The notes beneath the pieces were generated by a model, which was given only the letters and a program-made list of their open reading frames with translations, did not search any database and was not told where the DNA came from. A DNA stretch of 57,847 bases, counting the filler, from Basidiobolus meristosporus CBS 931.73 (lineage: Eukaryota > Fungi > Basidiobolomycota): the NCBI GenBank assembly GCA_002104905.1. It is 2 parts of 2 records of this genome, joined end to end, with 100 filler letters (N's around TTAATTAATTAA, not from the genome) between each part and the next. Parts side by side here need not be neighbours in the genome. Positions count along the whole stretch, not along the records: positions 31,278 to 57,847 come from MCFE01000915.1; 1 more part is not named here. One strand, given 5' to 3'. Shown piece after piece: positions 38,889 to 50,790 of the stretch. Each line of letters opens with the position of its first letter. Within the stretch, counting starts at the first letter, position 1. Both the position numbers and the translations under genes were made by a program.

Positions 38889-40190
38889 TGTGGTAATGGA
38901 AAGCACTCCATTACTACATATCTCTAAACCAATATTGCACTCATTTCTTTATTTTGCTTTTTGCTATTATAACACACAAGTGAAAGATCAAGAATTTCCA
39001 ACTTTGAAGAACAAATGCTCCAGACCCTGACAAGCAATCCACCCAAGAATACTATGTCATACAGAACACATAGTAGCCAACACATGCTTCAAATTACAGC
39101 TCATTTGAAGCAGTACTTAAGGTGTTATGACCAAAAGAGTCCAATTATTGTATATACTATGCCTTATTGCTAGGATTACTAGGGTGACTTTGATTGCATG
39201 TAACTTCTGAACCAGCCAAAGAAATCATGTGAGATCTTCACAGGTGCTGCACCTATGTCCAATCTGTGCCACTGCAAAATTTTAGCTTAGTATCACGTAT
39301 ATTGCTTGCGCAATTGCCCAAAAACTTTGATCCTTCAAAGTTTTCATATATATGACTTCCCCAGCTGAAAAATAAAGGAGTGCCTCTCTTTCCAGAATCT
39401 CCACACTACAATTACAAGTTTAATGGTTATAAGACTTCCCCTGCATCACTTACACTGTTGAGTATTCTGACTTTGATCAGTACTACATCAGTAAAGAGAC
39501 TGCAAAGCTCACAAGAATTCAATCTAAGTTCTACAAGAAACTACCACTTTTCTGTTGGAAACGTCCCCTGTAAGAAACCCCTTTACTCTAAAGACACCCC
39601 TTTAGACACCCCTTTAGTCTAAAGACACCTTTAGAGAACCTGTTAATAAACCCCTTTACTCTAAAGAAGCCCCTTTAGGCACCCCTTTAGTGTAAAGTCT
39701 ACTTTGGAGACCACTACAAGAAGCCCCTTTACTCTAAAGACACCCCTTTAGTGTAAAGTCTACTTTGGAGACCACTACAAGAAGCCCCTTTACTCTAAAG
39801 ACACCCCTTTAGACACCCCTTTAGGTCAAAAGACCCCTTTAGAGACTTCAACAACACACCCCTTTAGGTTAAAGGGGAGTTCAGAATTTCCATATTTGGA
39901 AATATTTTATCAGAAAGGAAAGTGACTTCCAAATAAGGAAAAGTTACTATGAAAGTAAATAAGCCCATTAGTCAAGAGAAGATCAGAACACTGCTGTAGA
40001 AGTGATAAACACTGCCTACAGTATATTTTGAGCCTAAGATTGAGGAAATTAGTGAAAGTTATATCTTCTATTGGTATATCAAACTCCCAATAAACTATTT
40101 CAATATTAGCATACTGGAAGTTGTTGTATATTGTTGATTAGCCTCTACATTGTAGAACAAGCCCCAAACTAATCATAATACAACACAACA
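38889..40190 (+). mobile_element. 1302-bp solo LTR with a TATC target-site duplication
   Basis: TGTGGTAATG...CAACACAACA flanked by TATC at 38885-38888 and 40191-40194. Removing it restores the transposase frame (KSI|CYTK...HMHMQQYKCK). Confidence 0.87.
39565..39870. repeat. CCCCTTT(AG/AC) tandem array containing a perfect 61-bp duplication
   Basis: 14 CCCC runs in about 300 bp; 39680-39740 is identical to 39741-39801. Confidence 0.92.
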
Positions 40191-41727
40191 TATCTGCTAC
40201 ACTAAGTGCTATTCACAGACTGCAATCAACATTCATATGCATATGCAACAATACAAGTGTAAGGGCTGGATGAGCTGGATATGTATTTATTCAATTGGCC
40301 TTCTGAAGCCACTTCTTCCAAGAGTACATTGGAACTATTGGGAGTCACATGTGGGCGTTGTAGGAATATTTATCCAGGGGCAGATCACAAATGCTAACTT
40401 GACACATTGTGATTTTGTGCAAAGAGTTTGTGCCTGGGTTTGAGTAGCTATATGCCAAAGATAAAGCTGAATGTATATATCTCTGCCACTGCTGCATACA
40501 TTTGCTACTCCATCTTGCTTGGTGTACTGAGAATATTGGACTTTGCTTCACCTTTTGGGAGTTTCCTAAGGAGTAGATGTGTGGGGAGATAGGAAGATGA
40601 GTCCTGTTACAGGTACTACCATATCCCAATCTCATCATGAATATTACCTTCAGGTCTGTTATGGATGTGATGAATTGGCACATGATGTACAACCTGGAAG
40701 TGTTGGAAAATACTGCGGACAGATGTGTGCATGGAGGCACCTATACCTATGGCATTAAGATGCTAAGCAGCTGCAATGCATGGGTAATCAGTTAAGTAAT
40801 ACAAAGTTGGGTTGGCTGCAACAAGTAACTAATCTTTATTAGAAAAACTGTATCAAGAGATGCCAAATTTCTCTTTGTCAGAAGCCAATTTCTGCACCAT
40901 TCAGTATAGAGTTCACACAAATGAGAGCCAAAATGCACCTTTAAGGGGAACTAGAATCTAGTAGGGTGAAGAAATATATTAGCTAAATATAAAAGAGTTC
41001 TTTGCAGATATTCAGGAGGTATTCATTGCAGAAGTAGTGGCATCCAAGCATATGTTTGCAAGATGTATATGTGGCCAGCAATACAAACTATATATTAACT
41101 CTGCAAGTAACACACTAAAAAGCTATAAAGTTGAGGTGATAAAAGTATGTCAATTGCAACAGGTGTGCGCATTTGTAGGGGCTAGTTAGCAGGAGGCCAT
41201 AGTACTTTTTGATTCAAGCTATATGTGGAATACCCAAGGTAGTAGTGGGTGAGCAAACTAAAAGGGGTGATTCTAGAATGGAATTTATGAATTGCAAAAG
41301 GGGAGGTAGAAAAAGGAAATACCTTTTGGTGAATTTGTACAGTGGCATTTTATAGAACTAGCTGTAGGCTGCCATACTGCCATGATAATGCCATCAAAGA
41401 CTTGCAAAGAAGCCATCAAACCACTATTGAGTTTTTTGCCACATAAGGCAATTGGATATACTGGTAAGTTAGATCTACTCTGGTAGTTGTAAAGTCCACT
41501 GAGACTGCAACAATGCCATGCTACCCTTTGCAAAAACCATATCAACACTGTTATATTTTATCAACTTTATTTTGCTGTAAATTAGTAAACACTGTTGTGA
41601 TCCCCTCACAAGATTGTGTAGATGGTTATTGATCCCAAACTGCTGGTATTAGAGCAGTCTCCTGATGGAAGCTTAATGGCTGATTTGGATTGGATCCACC
41701 CATGGTACCAAATTACTTTTTATAGGG

Positions 41728-44700
41728 TTCCCTTGTTGTCCACTAGCTGGTAAGTTGTAAATGGGCATTCTCCGGTGATCTTGAATAGTCCTGTCCATTG
41801 TGGCTCAAACTTCCTCTCAGTGTTGTAGCTCAGCAATACAAAGTTCCAAACTGTCAGTGCTTCTGGTGATATAGTCCTTTCAAATCTCTGCTTCATTCTT
41901 TTGCACTTTGAGGTACTTTAGCCTGTGCCCCTTGATGTTTTGTTCCAGTTGCTGGTGTATAATTGGCGGATGGAATTCATCTTGTAAAATGTCTGTAAGC
42001 TTTGGTTGTGTGAGATCTACAGAATCCTTGGTTCACATGCATACTCTATGAAAAATGGCAATCATTAGACTTGTTCTGTTGGATAGTGCCACATTGAGCC
42101 ATGAGTGCCAAATAGTGCCATAGTGTGCCTGAGAGTCATAGCAGACCTAAATTTGACCACAAAGTGTGGCATATAGTTCTTCATATTCATGCAAAGCAGC
42201 CCCTGTGTTTCACCTACAGTGCAGGAGAAAATCAATTTTTTAACCTTTTTTTTGGGATCAAAATTGTGCATGACATAAAAGAGCACAGACAGACTGAAGA
42301 TATGCATCTGGTACATAATACCCATGGCACTCTATATCTAGCCCCATAGGCTTGTAGCATGTCACAAAAATGCATGGCACTATCTTGGTCCACTGGTACT
42401 ATCTGGCACCATATTTAAATATTAGCCCTAAAGTAGAACCTATACAAAGCACTTATAGTGCCAGATAGTACCAGTGGACCAAGATAGTGCCATGCATTTT
42501 TGTGACATGCTATAAGCCTATGGGGCTAGATATAGAGTGCCATGGGTATTATGTACCAGATGCATATCTTCAGTCTGTCTGTGCTCTTTTACGTCATGCA
42601 CAATTTTGATCCCAAAAAAAAGGTTAAAAAATTGATTTTCTCCCGCACAGTAGGTGAAACACAGTGGCTGCTTTGCATGAATATGCAGAACTATATGTCA
42701 CACTATGTGGCCAAGTTTAGGTCTGCTATGACTCTCAGGCACACTATGGCACTATTTGGCACTCATGGCTCAATGTGGCACTATCCAACGGAACAAGTCT
42801 ATTAGGTATTGTTGCACACTCTAACTCTGCAGGCAAAAAGTGCTTGGTCTGTATACTCAGCTCATCTACTGATAGCTCCTTTTGCATGCTTTTTCAGCAT
42901 TATTCCAATTAATCCAATCAACCACTTGGTGACTCAATTAGTTTTAGGGTTTTATACCAAGGTTTTGAGTGTTTTCTCTGCAGCATTTCTAGGTAGGTCT
43001 CCAATGTCATTGCCATAAAGTATGCACCTCTATCAGATAAGATTTACAGAGAGTATCCAAACTTCATAATGATCTCTTGGTAGTTCAGACTTGCAACTTC
43101 TTGTTCACTGGCTACAGCTACAGCATTAGCAACTGGCATTTTGGTGACATGGTCAATTGCTACTAGGATCCAATGGTTGCATTTCATGGTGGTTGGCAGT
43201 CTTCCAATAAGTCATTTCCCTATCTCTCAAGTCTCACAAGCTTCAAGGCAAAGATCTCAGCAATTCTGTGTAGTGGGACTTAGCTGATATGGCAGTTTGG
43301 GCAGGTTTTCCTGGCTTCTCAATATCTTGTTTCATTTTAGGCCATATATATGCTCTGCCTCTCACATGGCTATAAATTCCATCAATTCCAAGATGTCCTT
43401 ATCCATTGTGTTTTGATAAGGTATCAGCAACTCTGGTGTTTTTCCCAGGGCAATAGACAATCTCCTACTCAAATTATTGAAGGTGCTTGCTCCATCTTGA
43501 CAATCTTCTGGATAGTGCCTTCTGAGTAAATATATACTTGAGTGAGGTGCAAACAATCTTCACAGTGCACTTGACTCCTTCAGTTTAGTATTTCCAGGTC
43601 TTCAAGCAGTGTAATATGGCAAGCATTTCCTTCTCATGCACTGAATATTTGTGTTCTGCTTAGTTCAGTTTATTGGATTCAAAAGCACCTGAGTAGCTCT
43701 TCTCCCACATGTTCTTGGCTCAACACTCCACTAATTGCATAATCTGAGGCATAAGTGCACAGAGTAAACTCTGGTTTGAAGTATGGTAGCTCTAAGCTTG
43801 GCAGCTTGGCAAGTTCATTCTTAAGCATCTGAAAGGCAGTTTCACTGGCTATATAACACATCAAGGAGTTGTCTTTCTTCAGGTTATCAGTTGAAGGGGC
43901 TTTAGTACTTGGAAAGGACTTGACAAATCTTCAATAGTAGGAAACCATTCCAAGGAATGATCTGAGTTCCAATATGCTATGAGGCTGCTTCAGATTCTTC
44001 ATGACTTCAACCTTCTAGGGGTCTAAGGTCACTCCTGTGCCAGTCACTATGTGTCAAAGGTATTCAAAGTGTTCTTTCAGGAGCTCACACTTATATGTCT
44101 TCTAGGTAAATTACCACAAATATATTTAAGTACTCATGGAAGACAGTTTGCATCAAGGTTATGAATGTTGCAGGGGCACTGGTGAGGCCAAGCTCATGAC
44201 TAACTACATGCAATGTCCATATCTGATCCTGAGTGCTGTCTTAAGGATATCTTCAGGTTTCACCCTAATCTAGTTGTATCCTCACATGAGGTCAAACTTG
44301 CTGTATATGACAGCTTGATTGAGTTGGTCCAAAACTCATCAATCCAAGGTATGGGGCTTTTGTTCTCACAATAACTGAGCTGAGGGCTCTGTGGCCAATG
44401 CACATCCTAAGTTTTCCATCCTTCTTTTTCACTAAAGGTGCAGGTGCTCCCCAAGGTGACTTGCTGGGGCTGATATATCCTTGCTCCAGTAGCTGATCTA
44501 TTTGTCTCTCCATCTCTTCCAACTCCAATGGACTCATTCTGTAAGGTGCCTTACCCACTAAAGAGCTATCTCCTGTTTCAATGGCATGATCCACATCTCT
44601 GACTGGTGGTAGGCTTACAAGCTCTTCTGGAAACATGTCTGAATACAACTTCAAAAGTGTCTCAACCTTCTGGGGAACTGGAGTAGAGGACTCCTCCTGT

Positions 44701-45395
44701 AATACTGCCACAAGGAACATCTGGGTGCCTTTTCTTAGTGCTCTAGAGAACCGTGTCTTGCTAAGTTTATTTGTTTCACACACACTGGAATTGACCAAGT
44801 TGAAATCCAGTCTGGCAGGTAATAGCTCATAGGTCTTGTTGTCCTTCTTGATCTGAGTAGCATGGGTTCTCTAGTTGATTGAAGGATTACAACAAAATAG
44901 CCAGGTTCTCCCAAGTACAAGGTCAAACTTGCAGTTCCCAAATATATAGGCCGGTAGATCTTCTTCACAGTCATTGATCTTGATCCTGACTGGCTGAGTA
45001 ATACGGTTGATTATGTGACAGTTCCCATCAGCTGCCAAGCCTGATGTTGACTTGGTGGGTTCCAAGTTGATTCCAGCTTTCAAAGCAAATTGCTCTGACA
45101 TGTACTCATGCAATGCTCCTGAGTCAATCATGATTGTGGCAGGTACTCCATTGATTACTCCATTCAAGTCTAGTAGCATTCCTGAGTTTGAGGTCATCCG
45201 GAAAGTAAGTTCTGAGTCTTTTTTAAGCTCAACCTCCATGTTACTATGCTCCATGGCCTCAATATGGTTGAAGGTTCATGATGGCTGGTGTCCATTTTTT
45301 CTCTGAGGTCAGTACTTTGCAATATGTCCCTGCTGGTGGCAATTGAAGCAAAGTTGTTTCTTCCTACCCTCTTCTGAGGTAGGATTCTTCTGCAT
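41728..45395 (-). mobile_element. Ty3/Gypsy copy G2 (gag end, PR, RT, RNase H, IN), degenerate
   Basis: [35 protein letters not shown]...SKSPWGAP...KKDGKLRMCI, LCTYASDYAISGVLSQ and integrase tail KFEPQWTGLFKI, in PR-RT-RH-IN order. Confidence 0.9.
42067..42800. mobile_element. 734-bp foldback (MITE-like) element with 343-bp inverted arms and a 48-bp spacer
   Basis: Arm 42067-42409 is the near-perfect reverse complement of 42458-42800 (AGACTTGTTC...GAACAAGTCT). ATT flanks both sides. It sits inside the G2 integrase. Confidence 0.92.
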
Positions 45396-45959
45396 ATAAA
45401 TCCAGACATGAGGTCCATACATACATATCTGACTATTTCCTCAACAGAGCATAGAACTTCTAGGTACTGGAGTAGAGGAATCATCCTGCAGTACCACCAT
45501 GAGAAACATATGGGTACTTTTCTAGCTGCCATACAGAAATGTGTCTTGTTAAGCCCACTTGTTTCACACACACTGAAATTGTCCAAGCTGAACCCAGTCT
45601 GGCAGGTAAGACCACATAGCTCTGGTTGCCCTTTTGGATCTGGGTGGCATAAGTGCTCTGGTTGATTGACCCTATGGAAAATTATTGAGATGATCCCATC
45701 AAAAGGCCATCACAGGGTTAATGTCCCGTAACTGAGAGGTACTGATCTTGTCAGGACTGTGTCCAGAGACCGTTGAAAAATAATTGCACCCCAGATTTCA
45801 CAAAAAACTTTGTCAAAATTTTTCATCACAACAATGTATAAGTGGCTTTTGATTGGTTCCCTGCCAATTTGCTCACTTTCTGATCCCAGACACTCTATTG
45901 CCTCCTGCTTTTGTATGAATTGATTGGCTATTGCCTCTTTTTCACACTCCTTACTTCCT

Positions 45960-47882
45960 GACCCACCTGTTTCTCTTAGTTTTCATGCGTACAAATTGAT
46001 TTATTTCTGTTGTAACTTCAGTTGTACCTCAATAGCCAATTGTATTGACCTATACAAGTCTCTATACCCTACACTTACATTAAGCCCAGCCCCACACTGA
46101 ACAAGTAACTCCATTAAGATCCACCACTCAATACGTTTTTCTGCTGTAACACTCTGGTTCACAACTTTGGCAGGAACCCCACGGCTATATTCCACTGTTC
46201 ATTCATTGGTACCCACATGTCTTTTGAGCTCTTGACATTGTAGCCTTGTCTGTCAGTGGGATCTCAACTCTGCCAACAATGGAGGCTGTGGAGGCTGTGG
46301 TAGACAAACTGCCTTTTTCAGCAAACTCATCTACCTTGCTGGAGTGTAGCTCAACTGGCTGTGCTTCCAACTCTCGTGAAAACAGCTGTTTTCTTGTTGG
46401 TAATTATTCTTGGCTATGATGGGATTCAGTCTGTTCCTGGCTTGCAGCGTTAACTGGCAAGAACTGCAGTTTTTTGTCTCAGACTTGGGTAGACATTTTT
46501 CCCTTTACCTTTTCCTTTATTACTGCCAGGTCTTTCACTGGTACTTTGTCTGAATGCTTCTTGTAAAGAACTATGTTTTCTCCTGGATAAATTTTGCTCT
46601 GATGCATCTGTTTTGGCCTGCTTGTCCCTTGCTGGCACTCTTCTGGCATCCTGACGTTTCTTTTCAGCTTGTTTTGAGCTCTCAATCATAGTTGTGATGG
46701 GCTCCTGTAAAAGCGGCTGGGTTTTATCACTGCCAGGTCCTTCACTGCTACTTTGACTGGGTGCTTCTTGAGTGGTACTACACTTTATCCTTGATAAATG
46801 TTGTGCTGGTGCATCCATGTCTGCCTGCTTCTCCTTAATTGGCACTCTTCTAGCTGCCTGACGTCTCTTTGATGCTTGTCTGGAGCTTTTGGCCCTGCTT
46901 GTAACAGGCTCTTGAGGAAGCCGCTGGTTTTTAGCCATGGCACCCTTGTTCTGCCTTTGATAGTTTCTGCTATTCTTAAGATACTTTCTTGGCATACCAA
47001 TGCTGGCCCAAAATCCATTTGCCCATTTGAATCCTGGATAATGCTCATGGAACAAGTCAAGTGCATTCTGCTTGGCCTTGAGTTTCTGATGGTCACATGG
47101 TATGCCGGCCTTAAGGTGATGGCATGCTAGACTTCTGATGGCCTTTTGTATATTAGCCCACTCTTCATTATTGCACTCAATGGCTTCATGGATCTTCATT
47201 GTCTTTTGATTTTTAGGCTTTGGTATAAACACCACATTATCTCCCTCCCATGCTGTGATAGGTTTTTCTGTGGGCTTTATCTTTGGGTACTGTTGTTGTG
47301 CTTCAAAGACTGTATGGTGTTCCTCTGCTGTTGCTTCAGGAAATGGCTCAATTCTGGACTATGACATTGAGCTACTAGAGTTCCTTCTTTGCAGCAAAGA
47401 TACTGCTTTCTCTACCTGGGATATTGATTGCTCTACACATATTATCCGCTCATCCTGTTTCTGACTACTTACTGATTTCTCTGGGCTACTGCATCTATTA
47501 TATCAGCCACTGCACCTAGTTGCTTCATTAATGCTTAAGTATGAGCTGACAACATACTTGCTAATATGGGTGGTGGTGATGTTATCATGGCCACTTGCTG
47601 ATCTTCAACAGAGGGTACTGCGTTTGCTACATTCTCATCTGCCTGAGCATAACGGTCAGCTTGTGGCTCCGCAGAGGTTCTCAATTGCCTACTTGACTGA
47701 GAGCCTGAGGAGTCCGCATTATTACCTTCAATGAGCACACTGTCCACAGGGCCTTTTTTGGATGTAGCCCCACTTGTTGCATTGAATGTCAAAGCAAGCT
47801 GTTGTCCAACTGTTCTTCTGTTGCCATCAGTGGTGGGGTTTGGTTGAGAACCAGACAACTTTGCTTCATTTTATGGCGGCAT
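45960..47882 (-). pseudogene. Accessory ORF of CACTA copy B, head-to-head with the transposase; disrupted; 3' end approximate
   Basis: Start MPP*NEAKLSGSQPNPTT (copy A: MLPKDKAKLFGSQPNPTT), helical block EEWANIQKAIRSL...YPGFKWANGFWASIGMPRKYLKNSRNYQR, two 69-aa repeats and a Cys-rich tail with stops. Confidence 0.58.
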
Positions 47883-48104
47883 ATATATGGAAGTGAGTCA
47901 AACTAAAGGGGAAATAGTGTTACATATACATGTGTATGTGGTGCCACATCTTTATTGATAATGGTTACTATGGCAGGTCATCATTGAATCATACATTCAT
48001 GTAGGTGCAATGTCTCAAATACAAGAGTGTCTTAAGTTCACATGAGTATTGACCAAAAAGTGATATAATAGCATTACGTTGTTGAAGGTCAAACTGCTTG
48101 CCCC

Positions 48105-50790
48105 ATGGACAAGACTACTTTGACTCAAGACTGTAAGAGAAGAGAAAAAAGACCATGTGGCTATTGTGGCAAGCCACTCAGCCATGAAGCACGCAGACAG
48201 CATAGGAAGTATTACAAGGATCATGGCCAGTGTTTTGCCACTCAAGTCATATTTGACCATTCATTGGTCACTACTGTACCAACATTATTGTGCTGGCCAG
48301 TTGATACTTCTATATCAGCACCTGGCTGTCTTTGTCACCTTGCGTAAACTGAGTCAGGTGAGTTTGGGATGCCTTTAGGCTTACCTCAGCCTTCTGAATA
48401 TGGCATGCAGAGTGATAGCTCTGACAAAGAAGGTTCACTGATGGATTTTGAGCCTATCTCCCCTAACACCAGTACCATATATGAGCCCAGTCAAATCCCT
48501 ATATGCAATGAGACAACACTAGTTGAGACAAATGCCAAGGATACTATATAGAGCCAAGTGAGCCCAGTAATCCATCTACTGGTGAATGATGTGATGTTGT
48601 GGCTAGAGAAGTGGCACGTTTCCACTAATATCAGTAATGGGGGCTTTGAGGATTTATTACTACTTGCCAAAATCATACTGGGATGGAACTTACCATGTAC
48701 ATGGTACAAGTGGACAACTGTCATGCGGCTGGCAACATATGATCCAGAGACTGTCCTGATTCCAGCATGTGTTAACAGTTGCATGGCATTCACAGCCAAA
48801 AATGCTACCATTTAACATGTCCAAATTGTCAGGAATCCACCACCATTGAGGGAAAACATTGTTCACACTCTGGATATATTCCGGTCATACCCCATCTGAG
48901 GAAGCTGATGCAGTCCAACAAATATTGCAATGCTATACAGTACCACACTCAGTATCAATCAATCGCAAACATATCCAATATATTTGATGGCATACATTAC
49001 AAACAGCTCAGAAGCAAGGGCTACTTTGAAGGTATGTGTGACCATGCCTTTGCTTTAGCACTTGATGGATTCTCATTAAACAAGTACTCTACCAGCAAAT
49101 CCTGCTGGCCACTAATTCTCATCAATCTGAATCTGCTGCCCATCTTACAATATCAGAGCAACAATCTGATGGTAGTCTCACTGGTATCTGGGCCTAAACC
49201 ACCGTCCAACCTGGATAGCTACTTGTATCCATTGCTCAATGAATTTTGTATGCTTTCCAGCGGGATAATGGTAAATGGCCATCATGTAAAGTGCATATTA
49301 GTATCTGCATTGGAGATATCCCAGCCATCAGCAAGATAGCAGGTTTTTCTGGGCACAATGGAAGGTATTGCTGTCAAATGTGTGCAATCCAGGGGATTTA
49401 CTCCATAACTCACACACATTATTATTACCCAAACACCAGTACTAAGAACATCATCTTTCCACAGAGAGAACATACAGAAGTAAGCAGGCAATTGCAGCAA
49501 AGTTGGCAAGCTATAAGCCATTGGACAGAATATGGAATCAATTGGAAACCGGAGATACTTAAGATAGAGGGTATCTGCTGGAGCAAAAGCTTTCCACTGG
49601 GAGCAATGCATTTGCTTTTCAACAATATCCCTATACTGATGACCAAGTTGTACATGGGGCATTTCAAGCTAAATGAGCCCTTCAAGATACTGGAGAAATT
49701 TGAAAAAATTGGTAAGATATTTCAGAGTATCCGCTACTGTAAGTACTTCTCACGGGCTCCAATTAATATTCATATGCATATGCAACAATACAAATGCAAA
49801 GACTGGATGAACTGGATATGTATTTATTCAAGTAGTGTTCCAAAGCCATTCCTACCAAGAGTACATTGGGAGCATTGGGAGTCATATGTGGACATTGTAG
49901 GAATATTTATCCAGAAGCAGATCACCAATGCCAACTTGACCCATCTACAGTTGTTGCGTGAGGAGTTTGTGACGGGATTTGAGCGGCTATACTACAAACA
50001 TAAAGCTGAACGTGTAGATCTCTGCCGCTACTGTATCCATTCTCTACTCCATCTTGCATGGTGTGTAGAGAATATTGGGCCTTGCTTCACCTTTGGGGAG
50101 TTTCCTATGGAGCAGATGTGTGGGGAGATAGGAAGTCAAGTCAAGTTGTAGGTACTACCATATCCCAATCTGATCAAGAATATTAACTTCAAGTCTGTCA
50201 TGGATGTGATGAGATGGCACATGGAGGGCAGCCAGAAAGAGTTGGAAAATACTGAGGACATATGTGCACATGGAGACACCTATGCCTATGGCATTAAGAA
50301 GCTAAGCAGCCCCAATGCATGGGTAATCAGTTAAGTAATGCAAAGTTGGGTTGGGTGCAACAAGCAACTAATATTTATCAGGAAAACTCCACCAAGATAT
50401 GCCGGATTTCTTGTGGTCACAAGCCAACTTCTACACCATTCAATACGGAATTCACACAAACAAAAGCCAGAGCGCACCTATAAGTGGGACTAGAATCCAG
50501 CAGGGAGAAGGAATATATTGGCTAAATACCAAGAAGTTCTTTGCCAATATTCAGGAGGTATTCATGGCAGAAGTGACAACAACCCAGCATATGTTTGCAA
50601 GATGTATACGCTACCAGCAGTACAAGGTAAATGGCAACTTTGCAAGTATTCACTAAAAAGCTGTCAAGTTGAGGTTATAGAAGTATGTCAATTGTGGCAG
50701 GTGTGTGCATTTGTAGAGGTTAGTAAGCAGGAGGCCATATTTTTTTTTGATTCAAACTATATGTGGAATACCCAAGGTTGTACTGGGTAA
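48105..50790 (+). pseudogene. Transposase_21 (Tnp2)/DUF4218-type transposase with frameshifts and stops
   Basis: CGYC...H N-terminus, ACVNSCMAF..CPNC, LALDGF, CWPLILINLN, GPKPPSNLDSYLYPL, GDIPAISK..GFSGHNGRYCCQMC, MHLLF, YKCKDWMNW, HSLLHLAWCVENIGP and PYPNL. Confidence 0.87.

Larger units (their letters stand above)
36533..41727 (+). mobile_element. CACTA/EnSpm-type DNA transposon, copy A (left end missing, two LTR insertions, degenerate)
   Basis: Colinear with 47592-51269. Transposase motifs DGFLLSKYSGSKSCWPLILINLN, GPKSPSNLDSYLYPL and GHNGWYCC. Right end TTTTTATAGGG. Confidence 0.86.

Noticed and set aside
39565-39870. Repeat array as a CRISPR or a true telomere
   Set aside because: No unique spacers, eukaryotic context, not a perfect telomeric unit, and it lies inside a TSD-flanked LTR.
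42065-42805. Twin 86/87-aa ORFs on opposite strands
   Set aside because: A by-product of the inverted repeat; no protein-like features.
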